In this document: positions 24,301-32,000 of the stretch, piece by piece | Layout: the number at the start of each line of letters is the position of its first letter | Numbering within the stretch: position 1 is the stretch's first letter | Assembly (NCBI RefSeq): GCF_001306055.1 | Contig: NZ_LGHJ01000004.1 | Location: 1 to 32,000, forward strand | DNA length: 32,000 nucleotides | Reading direction: 5' to 3' | Source of the DNA: Bellilinea caldifistulae | GTDB lineage: Bacteria > Chloroflexota > Anaerolineae > Anaerolineales > Anaerolineaceae | Translations under genes and position numbers: made by a program | The notes under the pieces: model-generated | Seen by the model: the letters and a program-made list of their open reading frames with translations, nothing else | The model's database searches: none | Told to the model about the DNA's origin: nothing

Positions 24301-25629
24301 ATGAGCGATTCTGCGCAACCATCAATTTCCCCACGTTGGAGCGGTACGACGAAACTGGTCGTGGCTCTGACGACGGTTGCCATTCTGGCGGGACTGCTGA
24401 TCCGTTTTCGCCAGATTGTGGGTCTGTTGCTGGTGGCGTTTATCCTGGCTTACCTGCTTTATCCGATCACCGATTTTCTTCACCGTAAGTTAAGGCTTTC
24501 CTGGCGGCTGGCGGCTTTCATTATCTTTCTGATTTTACTGGTTGGGCTTTTATCATTGTTGACCGTCAGCGGGTTGGCGCTTTTTGAGCAAGTTCAAAAT
24601 CTGGTGCGTTTTCTGGATACCCGCATCCGTGACCTGCCGAAAATTATTGCTGATTTAACCGCTCACCCGATTGAAATTGGTATATTCCAGATTGATCTTG
24701 CTCAGTATGACCTTGCCAGTCTGGCAAGTCAATTACTGGGGATGGTACAGCCAGTTCTGTCTAATTTGACCTCCCTTGTTGGAAAACTGGCTGCGAGTGC
24801 GGCGACCACTGTTGGCTGGTTATTCTTTTCGGTTTTGATTGCATACTTTATCCTCAATGATTCTGGCGGTGTTCGCGAACGTTTGATTAACCTGCAAATT
24901 CCGGGTTACAGTGAGGATATTGCCCGTTTTGGCAAGGAATTGAACCGGATCTGGAATGCTTTTTTGCGCGGTCAAATGATCATTTTTATCATAACCGTGC
25001 TGGTGTATATCCCGCTGTTAGGGGCATTGGGAGTGAGTTTTTACGTGGGACTGGCGCTGCTGGCAGGGCTTGCCCGCTTTGTACCTTACATCGGGCCGTG
25101 GGTAACCTGGATTACCTACGGGTTGGTTTCTTACTTACAGGGCAGTACCCTGTTCGGGGTTGAACCGTGGGTTTATGTCCTTATTGTCTTGGGCTCGGCC
25201 ATTGTCGTTGATTTTGCTCTGGATAACTTTTTAGTCCCGCGTTTGATGGGAAGCGCTTTGAACATTCACCCGGCGGCGATTATGGTGGCAGCATTAATAT
25301 TCGCCAATCTGTTTGGTTTGATTGGGGTCTTGCTGGCGGCTCCGGTCACGGCAACGATCAAGTTGATTGCCAATTACGTGTTTCGCAAAATGTTCGACCT
25401 GGACCCCTGGGAGGGCATGGAGAAGATCGCCGACCGGGAACCCAATGCAATGGCCCGCTGGATCAGTCAATGGTTTGGTAAATTGTTTGCCTGGATCAAC
25501 AGGCGTTTTCAAAAACAATTTCCCAATGGAATTCCGCTGGTCAACTGGCTGGAGGAGTTTCGTAACTGGTTGGGACGTGCGTTGCAAAAAAATGTGCCGC
25601 CCCAGAAAAAAACGAATTCCGGTAAATAA
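24301..25629 (+). CDS. AI-2E family transporter (PerM/UPF0118)
   Basis: About 442 aa from ATG 24301 (the ORF track uses TTG 24295). It has about 8 TM helices. The family-typical C-terminal region is PRLMGSALNIHPAAIMVAALIFANLFGLIGVLLAAPVTA. A Trp-rich cytoplasmic tail of about 70 aa follows. Confidence 0.85.
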   Translation: MSDSAQPSISPRWSGTTKLVVALTTVAILAGLLIRFRQIVGLLLVAFILAYLLYPITDFLHRKLRLSWRLAAFIIFLILLVGLLSLLTVSGLALFEQVQNLVRFLDTRIRDLPKIIADLTAHPIEIGIFQIDLAQYDLASLASQLLGMVQPVLSNLTSLVGKLAASAATTVGWLFFSVLIAYFILNDSGGVRERLINLQIPGYSEDIARFGKELNRIWNAFLRGQMIIFIITVLVYIPLLGALGVSFYVGLALLAGLARFVPYIGPWVTWITYGLVSYLQGSTLFGVEPWVYVLIVLGSAIVVDFALDNFLVPRLMGSALNIHPAAIMVAALIFANLFGLIGVLLAAPVTATIKLIANYVFRKMFDLDPWEGMEKIADREPNAMARWISQWFGKLFAWINRRFQKQFPNGIPLVNWLEEFRNWLGRALQKNVPPQKKTNSGK

Positions 25630-25669
25630 TTATTCTCGAAACCAAAACCGATCATCAAGGAGAAAAGAA

Positions 25670-25867
25670 ATGAGCAATGCCATGGATCCGAAAACTGAAA
25701 CGATTGCAGAAACCGACAACTACATGGCGTGGCAGGCCGAAGAACCGGATGGGGAAACGACTTACCATCTGGAATTAAATAATGTGACTCTGCACTTCTT
25801 CACCGAGGAGTGGGAGGAATTTTTGCAGCTGGCACGGGCGATTATCCGCGATGCGGATGGACGGTAA
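25670..25867 (+). CDS. small acidic hypothetical protein (65 aa)
   Basis: ATG 25670 is preceded by AAGGAGAAAAG (25656-25666). It is the 3' part of ORF-track entry 25367-25867, whose 5' part overlaps the transporter gene out of frame. The sequence is MSNAMDPKTETIAETDNYMAWQAEEPDGETTYHLELNNVTLHFFTEEWEEFLQLARAI... Confidence 0.45.
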   Translation: MSNAMDPKTETIAETDNYMAWQAEEPDGETTYHLELNNVTLHFFTEEWEEFLQLARAIIRDADGR

Positions 25868-28030
25868 TTAATATCTGCCACGCGGCTGGGATTCGAAAAC
25901 AGCCGTCAGTTCTTCCTCACTGGCGGGTGTTACCCGCACGACGGCGGCTTTGTATTCCGGAATCTTAGCCTGCGGGTCAAGTGCGTCGGTTGTCAGCAGG
26001 TTGGCAGCCGCTTCGCGGAAGTGAAAAGGAATAAAAACTACCCCGATGTTTGTTTTGGTGGTCACTTTTGCGCGTAAAACGATTGAACCGCGCCGAGAGG
26101 TAACCCGCACCGGGCTGCCATCGTGAATTCCTAAACGGGCGGCGTCCGCCGGGTGAATGTCCATCAGGGCTTCGGGAAAGAGGTCATCCATCCATGAATG
26201 CCGGGTGAGGGTTCCGCCGTGCCAGTGTTCCAGCACTCGCCCGGTACTCAGTATCAGCGGATATTCTTCATCCGGCATTTCGGCGTTTGGTATGTATTCC
26301 AGGGGGTGGAATTTGGCTCTGCCGCGTGGAAAACGCTCGCCATAAAGGTAGGGGGTACCGGGGTGATCCGGGGTTGGAACCGGGGTTTGCAAACCGACTT
26401 TTTCGATGCGATCATACCGAATGCCAGCATAATCCGGGACATAGCGCCCCATCTCTTCAAGGATTTCAGCAGGATGGTGATAGTCCCAATAGGCCGAATT
26501 GGGGCGGTTCAAGCGGCGTTCAACTCGTTTGGCGAGATCACAGATGATCTCCCAATCCGGGCGGGATTGACCGCGTGGGGGAATGACCTGTCGAACGCGT
26601 TGAACCCGCCGGTCGGTGTTGGTAAAGGTGCCTTCTTTCTCTGCCCAGGAGGCAGCCGGCAGGAAAACATCCGCAAACGCACCGGATTCGTTGATGAACA
26701 GATCCTGGGCAACTAAAAATTCCAGTTCCTGCATCTTCTTGCGGGTGTGGTTGAGGTTTGGCTCGGACATCATTGGGTTTTCACCCATGATGTAGAGGGC
26801 TCGCACGCCACCAGGATGAACGGCTGCCAGGATCTCGGTGGTGGTCAGTCCTCGCTGCCGGTTCAGCCCTCCTGGTTCAATGTGCCAGGCTTCTTCCCAG
26901 CGGCGGGCATTTTCTTCATTGTCCACAGCCTGATAACCGGGGTAGTGCCATGGCATTGCACCTGAGTCGGACGCTCCCTGGACGTTGTTTTGACCGCGTA
27001 AAGGATTCAAGCCGGTGCCCTTGCGACCGACATGTCCGGTCAACAAAGCCAGGTTGATCAGGCTTAAAGCGTTGGCTGTCCCATGAGTGGATTCAGGAAT
27101 TCCCAGCGCCCAAAAAATAGCCCCGTTGTGGGCGGTTGCATACATGCGGGCGGCTTCGATAATCAACCCGCGGTCAACCCCTGAGATCTGCTCAGCGAAT
27201 TCAGGGGTGAACTTTTCCATGGAGGTTGCAAAGGCCTCAAAATTCTCAGTGCGTTCCTCGATGAACTGGCGGTTATAAAGGTTTTCTTTGAAGATGACAT
27301 GTGCCATTGCCGAAAAGACCGGCACATCACTGCCAGGACGGATGGGCAAGTACAGGGTGGCGTAATTGACCATTTCGATGCGGCGCGGGTCAACCACAAT
27401 CAATTTTGCGCCGTGCTTTTGGACGGCGGCTTTCATTTGCAGGGCAATAATCGGATGATTTTCGGTTGGGTTGGAGCCGGTTAAGATGAACACATCGCAA
27501 TCGCTGACCTCGGCAGCCGTGTTGCTCATGGCTGCAGATCCAATGGCCATTTGCAGGGCAACTACACTGGCGGCATGGCATAAGCGGGTACAGTGATCTA
27601 CATTATTGGTACGAAAAACAGCGCGGAAAAATTTTTGGAGAAGGTAGTTGTCCTCGTTGGTGGCTTTGGCGCAGCAGTAAACCGCCATGGCTTTTGAGCC
27701 ATCGCGCTGGTAAATTTCCACCAGCCGGTCGGCGGTGTAGTCGAGAGCTTCATCCCAACTGACTTCGCGCCATGCCGAACGATCAAACGCTTGGGTGCGC
27801 TGACCGGGTGTTTGAGGCTGTTTGCGGATAAGAGGAACAGTAACACGCTCTTTGTTGTAAATAAAGTCGTAACCGAAACGCCCTTTAACGCATAAATTGC
27901 CGTGATTGACGACGGAATCGAAGGGAGAGGTTACCTTGTAAATGAATTCATCTCGAACATGCAATTCCAGGTTGCAGCCCACGCCGCAGTAAGGACAGGT
28001 GGTGGGAACAACTTTTTCGGCATTCAACAT
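25868..28030 (-). CDS. fdhA: formate dehydrogenase catalytic subunit (Mo/W-bisPGD, Cys-type)
   Basis: 720 aa. The N-terminal 4Fe-4S motif is TTCPYCGVGCNLELHV. The active-site segment is NNVDHCTRLC(151)HAASV, matching the position of ..CARVUHGPS.. in FdhF. Molybdopterin oxidoreductase and C-terminal MopB_CT-like domains are present. AGGAGG SD lies at 28039-28044 on the - strand. Confidence 0.9.
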   Translation of the reverse strand: MLNAEKVVPTTCPYCGVGCNLELHVRDEFIYKVTSPFDSVVNHGNLCVKGRFGYDFIYNKERVTVPLIRKQPQTPGQRTQAFDRSAWREVSWDEALDYTADRLVEIYQRDGSKAMAVYCCAKATNEDNYLLQKFFRAVFRTNNVDHCTRLCHAASVVALQMAIGSAAMSNTAAEVSDCDVFILTGSNPTENHPIIALQMKAAVQKHGAKLIVVDPRRIEMVNYATLYLPIRPGSDVPVFSAMAHVIFKENLYNRQFIEERTENFEAFATSMEKFTPEFAEQISGVDRGLIIEAARMYATAHNGAIFWALGIPESTHGTANALSLINLALLTGHVGRKGTGLNPLRGQNNVQGASDSGAMPWHYPGYQAVDNEENARRWEEAWHIEPGGLNRQRGLTTTEILAAVHPGGVRALYIMGENPMMSEPNLNHTRKKMQELEFLVAQDLFINESGAFADVFLPAASWAEKEGTFTNTDRRVQRVRQVIPPRGQSRPDWEIICDLAKRVERRLNRPNSAYWDYHHPAEILEEMGRYVPDYAGIRYDRIEKVGLQTPVPTPDHPGTPYLYGERFPRGRAKFHPLEYIPNAEMPDEEYPLILSTGRVLEHWHGGTLTRHSWMDDLFPEALMDIHPADAARLGIHDGSPVRVTSRRGSIVLRAKVTTKTNIGVVFIPFHFREAAANLLTTDALDPQAKIPEYKAAVVRVTPASEEELTAVFESQPRGRY

Positions 28031-28049
28031 GATATTATCCTCCTCTGTA

Positions 28050-28775
28050 TTATGAGGGGTTAGCGGAAATTTCTTCGCGCCGTTTACGGCGTTGACGCTG
28101 GCTGCGTGTCAGACTCATGATCTCGTCTGGGCTGTAGCCCATTTCAAGCAACCATTGGCGCTTGGGCTTGAGCGCTCCGGTCGGACAAACCCCAACGCAC
28201 TGTCCGCAAAAAACGCAGGTGGATTCGGGCATGGGAATTTCGTAAAAGGTACTGATTTGGGTTTCATAACCGCGCCCGGAAAAGTTAATGGCGTAGGTAT
28301 ACTGGGCATCTTCGGCGCATACCTGTACGCAACGCCAGCACAGAATACATTTGGCATAATCGCGGATGTACATGGGGTTGTCATCAATCACCGTTGGGCG
28401 GCGCGCTTCGGCATCCGGAAAGCGGTATAGATCAGAGGAATATTCCTGAATCATGGCTTGAATCTCCGGTGATTCGCTCAGATCCACGCTGGAAGCCAGC
28501 ATTTCCAGGATGGTGCGCCGCGAGCGAATGACCCGTTCGCTGCGAGTGTGAATGACCATACCATCTCGCACCTGCACCACACAGGCTGGCTGCAAGGTGC
28601 GCGTTCCTTCTACTTCAACCCCACAAATGCGGCACAGACCGTTGGCAGTGCAGTGATCATGGTAACAAATTGTCGGAATCTGGATGCCTGCCTGCTGCGC
28701 AGCCTGTAAAATGGTGCTGCCTGCGGGTACCTCAACGGTTTGCTGGTCAATGGTTAAGCGGATGGTTTCGCTCAT
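28050..28775 (-). CDS. Fe-S subunit (2Fe-2S ferredoxin plus 4Fe-4S clusters), equivalent to the N-terminal NuoG-like domain of fused FDH alpha subunits
   Basis: 241 aa. The 2Fe-2S pattern is [19 protein letters not shown]....C. Two CxxCxxCxxxCP-type motifs are present ([23 protein letters not shown]). It lies 19 nt upstream of the catalytic subunit. Confidence 0.85.
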   Translation of the reverse strand: MSETIRLTIDQQTVEVPAGSTILQAAQQAGIQIPTICYHDHCTANGLCRICGVEVEGTRTLQPACVVQVRDGMVIHTRSERVIRSRRTILEMLASSVDLSESPEIQAMIQEYSSDLYRFPDAEARRPTVIDDNPMYIRDYAKCILCWRCVQVCAEDAQYTYAINFSGRGYETQISTFYEIPMPESTCVFCGQCVGVCPTGALKPKRQWLLEMGYSPDEIMSLTRSQRQRRKRREEISANPS

Positions 28776-28796
28776 TGGATTACCCTTCCGTATTAT

Positions 28797-30515
28797 TTAG
28801 ATGGGTTGAAACAGGTGAGGAAAGTGCTTCATGGCACTCAGTATGGCAGAAGCAGCAGTTTGTCCTAAACCGCAAAGGGAAGAATCGGTCATCGTCCAGC
28901 CGACATCTTGAAGGCGTTCCCAGTCTTCCTGTTGAACTTCACCTCTGGCGATGCGTTCCAAAATTTCAAATTGGCGCTGGGTGCCCATTTGACAGGGATA
29001 GCACTTACCGCAGGATTCCTCCGCAAAGAAACGCGCCAATCGCAGGCAAATATCCCGTAAGTCGCGGGTTTCATCGAATACGGTGATCACGCCTGAACCA
29101 AGCGGTAAACCGGCTTCTTTCAAGTCCTCAAAGGTCAAGCGTACATTCAAGTGATCAGGGGTGGCAAATGCGCCGGCTGCTCCACCAAACAAAGCTGCCT
29201 GAAGGTGATGACCGGGCCGGACACCACCAGCCAGATCATACAATAAATGATGAAAAGGTATCCCAAAGGGTACTTCGTACAGACCCGGTCGAACCACATC
29301 TCCGGAGAGACAGAACAATTTACTGCCGGGAGATTTTTCGGTTCCCAATTTGCGATAATGAGCGGCTCCTTTGCGGATGATCACCGGTACATTGGCGAGG
29401 GTTTCTACATTATTAATCACCGTGGGCTTGCCGAATAATCCGTGAGTGGTTGGGAAGGGTGGTTTTAACCTTGGAAAGCCGCGTTTACCTTCGATGGACT
29501 CAAATAGAGCGGTTTCTTCGCCGCAGATGTAAGCGCCTGCACCGCGTCGAATTTCGATGTCAAAGTTAAAATCGGTATCGAGGATATTATTACCCAGAAA
29601 ACCGGCTTCGCGGGCGTCTTCCACGGCTTTCTTCATGGCCTGATAGGGCAACAAGTACTCACCGCGGATATAGACATAGCCCTTTTGGGCACCAATGGCA
29701 TAACCGGCGATGATAATCCCTTCCAGGATGCTGTGGGGGTCATCTTCCATCAAGACACGGTCCTTAAAGGTGCCGGGTTCAGCTTCATCGGCATTGCAGA
29801 CAACATATTTGACTGATCCGGGAGCATTCGCGGCGGCTTCCCATTTCAAACCGGTTGGGAAGGCAGCTCCACCCCGTCCAACCAACCCGGCGGCTTTGAT
29901 TTCCTCAATGATCTGGCGCGGCGGGGTTTGGAGAGCTTTGCGGAGAGCCTGATAACCGCCCAGGTCGAGGTACTCGGATAATTCAACGGTATGACCCAGC
30001 CCGCAGTTGGCTGTCAGGATTGAGACCGTGCCACCCAGCAGACTGGAAGGCCGCTCGCCCCTACCACTGACCAAATCCTGCCAGGTTTGGCGGTCAGCTC
30101 TGGCAACCGGCTGACCCTGTACCAGAACGGCAGGTGCGTGTTCACACAGGCCTAAACAGGGTGCCATCTCGATCGTCAAAGAAGATGACGAATTGCCGGT
30201 TGGGGCAGCCTCTTGCTGAAAGCGAATTTGTTTGAAAAGCGTTTCGGAACCTGCCAATGCACAAGCCGGGTCATTGCAAACGTGGATGACGGTTTTTCCA
30301 ACCGGTTGGCTGTAAAACAGGGAATAAAATTCAATCACTCCATAAATTTCGGCAAGCGGGACGTTCAAAGCCTGTCCGACGGCTTCGGCAGCCACACGGG
30401 GAATGTAACCGTAAATTTGCTGAGCATCATGCAGGGCAGGCAGCAGGGACGTTCGTCCCCGCGAATGATAGCTTTCCAAACGATGGAGAAGGGGACTTAA
30501 ATCCAGGTCGGACAT
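28797..30515 (-). CDS. fused NuoE-like (2Fe-2S) / NuoF-like (FMN, NAD(P)H, 4Fe-4S) diaphorase subunit
   Basis: 572 aa. The NuoE-type motifs are CNDPAC...[11 protein letters not shown]. The NuoF-type motifs are [35 protein letters not shown] and SLCGLGQ. Confidence 0.9.
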   Translation of the reverse strand: MSDLDLSPLLHRLESYHSRGRTSLLPALHDAQQIYGYIPRVAAEAVGQALNVPLAEIYGVIEFYSLFYSQPVGKTVIHVCNDPACALAGSETLFKQIRFQQEAAPTGNSSSSLTIEMAPCLGLCEHAPAVLVQGQPVARADRQTWQDLVSGRGERPSSLLGGTVSILTANCGLGHTVELSEYLDLGGYQALRKALQTPPRQIIEEIKAAGLVGRGGAAFPTGLKWEAAANAPGSVKYVVCNADEAEPGTFKDRVLMEDDPHSILEGIIIAGYAIGAQKGYVYIRGEYLLPYQAMKKAVEDAREAGFLGNNILDTDFNFDIEIRRGAGAYICGEETALFESIEGKRGFPRLKPPFPTTHGLFGKPTVINNVETLANVPVIIRKGAAHYRKLGTEKSPGSKLFCLSGDVVRPGLYEVPFGIPFHHLLYDLAGGVRPGHHLQAALFGGAAGAFATPDHLNVRLTFEDLKEAGLPLGSGVITVFDETRDLRDICLRLARFFAEESCGKCYPCQMGTQRQFEILERIARGEVQQEDWERLQDVGWTMTDSSLCGLGQTAASAILSAMKHFPHLFQPI

Positions 30516-30620
30516 GGGTTCTCCTTTTCGACCAGCGAATTTTGGAAAGAGCAGCAGAGGGGAGCAATGGTTGGGGGTGAAGTCGGATAATTCCTACTAA
30601 ACCGGTTATAATTATTATAC

Positions 30621-31226
30621 ATGAAGTTGACGGTAGTGGTTCAAGCAGGCGGTGAATCCCGTCGGATGGGAAAAAACAAGGCTTTGCTTCCATTCATGGG
30701 GCAGCCTTTGATTGAGCGGGTGGTCGAACGGGTCAAACCCATTGCCGGGGAGGTCTTGATTACCGCCAATCAACCGGCGGATTATGACTTTTTGAATTTG
30801 CCGATATATCCGGACATTTTGCCCGGCTATGGAGCTTTGGGTGGTCTTCTGACCGCTTTATCAGTTTCCAACTCGCCAGTAACAGCTGTGCTGGCCTGTG
30901 ATATGCCGTTCGTCAGTGCTGAATTGCTGGTGTACCAGTTACAGGTTTTGGAACAGGGGAATTGGGATGCGGTGGTTCCCAGAGGCGAGGGCGGTTATGA
31001 GCCTCTCCATGCTGTTTATCGCACCCAGACATGTAAACAGGCAGTTGAGCTGGCAATTCAAATGGGCGAGAGAAAAATGATTGCGTGGTTTCCAAAGGTG
31101 AGGCTTTACACCATCGAACAGACGGAATGGGAGCCTTTTGATCCGCAAGGACGAATTTTCTGGAATATCAATACCCCGCAGGAATTAACCCGTGCCGAGG
31201 CAGCGGCTCACGCCGAAATGGAATAG
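30621..31226 (+). CDS. mobA: molybdenum cofactor guanylyltransferase
   Basis: 201 aa. It carries VVVQAGGESRRMG.NKALL.F.G.PLI, ACDMPF and YEPLHAVY motifs of MobA. No SD is present. TATAAT at 30607-30612 ends 8 nt before the ATG. Confidence 0.9.
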   Translation: MKLTVVVQAGGESRRMGKNKALLPFMGQPLIERVVERVKPIAGEVLITANQPADYDFLNLPIYPDILPGYGALGGLLTALSVSNSPVTAVLACDMPFVSAELLVYQLQVLEQGNWDAVVPRGEGGYEPLHAVYRTQTCKQAVELAIQMGERKMIAWFPKVRLYTIEQTEWEPFDPQGRIFWNINTPQELTRAEAAAHAEME

Positions 31227-32000
31227 GGAGCAGTGTGTTTTTCGGTAGCATTTGAGGATTCGTCAAAACGAACCCGCTGCGGATGGGTGTAGAGGTTGAA
31301 CTGATTGCGGCGGGCATAACCGATCAAGGTAATCCCGTACTGGTCAGCCAGTTGAATGGAAAGAGAAGTGGGCGAGGTGCGCGAGATGACAATCGAAGCG
31401 CCAATCCGGGCGGCTTTTTGCAACATCTCTGAACTGATCCGTCCGGTGGTCAGGATAATGCGCCGGCTGGGCTGGAGCGATTGACGCAGGATTTTACCCG
31501 CAATTTTATCGAGAGTATTGTGCCTGCCGATGTCTTCGGCAAGGGCGATGACCTTATTCCCGTCGGTTAATAAAGAGCAGTGGACGCCGCGCGTTTGCCG
31601 GTATAACTGTTGGGAATCGAACAGTAAATCCATCCACATAACCAGTTTTTCTGCCGGAAAGACATCTCCGTTGAGGATGGGCTGGGTGTGTTTTTGAGCA
31701 TCATCGCTGGTCACACCACCTGTGCAGCCGGAAGTCTTGCGCCACGTGAGGGGTTTTTCCACCGGATGATTGAGCCAGACATCCACATTTGCGCCATGAT
31801 CGCAGGGGCGCAGGATTTCAATCTCATGGATGCTTTGAATGATTCCTTCGTTGAATAGAAAACCAACGGCTAAATCTTCCAGTTCCAGCGGGGTGCACAT
31901 CCAGGATAGCCAGAGTGTTCCATTAACCGTCAGACTGACACTGGCTTCGGAAATAACAAGTCCTTCTTCCACCAGAGAAGTGATTCCACTTCGGTATTGA
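31208..32000 (-). CDS. fdhD: formate dehydrogenase accessory sulfurtransferase FdhD (5' end probably beyond the window)
   Basis: It carries E..v.L.VNG, LAVGFLFNEGII, EDIGRHN.LDK..G and SGRISSEMLQKAARIGASIV motifs. The ORF track starts at GTG 31972. The frame stays open to 32000 and homologs normally have about 25-35 residues before the ..VNG motif. It overlaps the mobA 3' end by 19 nt (convergent). Confidence 0.85.
   Translation of the reverse strand, partial: QYRSGITSLVEEGLVISEASVSLTVNGTLWLSWMCTPLELEDLAVGFLFNEGIIQSIHEIEILRPCDHGANVDVWLNHPVEKPLTWRKTSGCTGGVTSDDAQKHTQPILNGDVFPAEKLVMWMDLLFDSQQLYRQTRGVHCSLLTDGNKVIALAEDIGRHNTLDKIAGKILRQSLQPSRRIILTTGRISSEMLQKAARIGASIVISRTSPTSLSIQLADQYGITLIGYARRNQFNLYTHPQRVRFDESSNATEKHTAPYSISA

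Noticed and set aside
25367-25669. 5' two-thirds of ORF-track entry 25367-25867.
   Set aside because: It overlaps the AI-2E transporter gene out of frame. Only the portion from ATG 25670, which has its own SD, is plausible.
25868-28030. Selenocysteine recoding (in-frame TGA plus SECIS) in the formate dehydrogenase.
   Set aside because: The ORF is uninterrupted, and the active-site position is a TGC Cys codon (27578-27580).
1-32000. CRISPR arrays, transposases/IS elements, integrases, phage genes, toxin-antitoxin pairs and known defence systems.
   Set aside because: I found no direct-repeat arrays, terminal inverted repeats or recognisable mobile-element or defence protein signatures. The window looks like core chromosome apart from the 15.6-23.3 kb cluster.

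Overview
This is a dense bacterial chromosomal window of about 31 genes, mostly on the + strand, with no CRISPR array, rRNA, tRNA or mobile element that I could see. The gene content suggests a monoderm-type lineage, possibly Chloroflexota/Anaerolineae-like, but that is inference only.

Gene order:
1. An APC-superfamily permease is translationally coupled to two TrkA/RCK genes.
2. The cluster rpmH-rnpA-yidD-(PQQ-like beta-propeller lipoprotein)-yidC-jag follows. rpmH (56 aa) is absent from the supplied ORF track.
3. Next comes a three-gene unit: a membrane GT2, pyrimidine-nucleoside phosphorylase, and a 685-aa polytopic GT-C-like protein.
4. A full-length T-box leader with an Ile specifier precedes a long-form ileS.
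5. About 7.7 kb (15592-23256) may encode a pathway for a modified GTP-derived metabolite. It holds a frameshifted flippase-like gene, a small membrane protein, ribA, a reductase-only RibD-like gene and a zinc-less MDR dehydrogenase. A PlsC-type acyltransferase is divergent from these. A Cys-less PTPS/QueD-like gene, a GT4, a SAM methyltransferase and a DUF123/GIY-YIG protein complete it. This is my best candidate for an undescribed system.
6. A promoter- and terminator-bounded structured RNA of about 175 nt has 6S-RNA-like architecture.
7. An FHA-TM protein, an AI-2E family transporter and a small acidic ORF follow.
8. On the - strand is a Cys-type formate dehydrogenase locus. Its Mo-bisPGD subunit is split from its Fe-S domain and it has a fused NuoE-NuoF-like diaphorase. 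mobA and fdhD flank it.

Several promoters, intrinsic terminators and two apparently leaderless starts can be read directly. Functional calls rest on motif recognition by eye; no searches were run.
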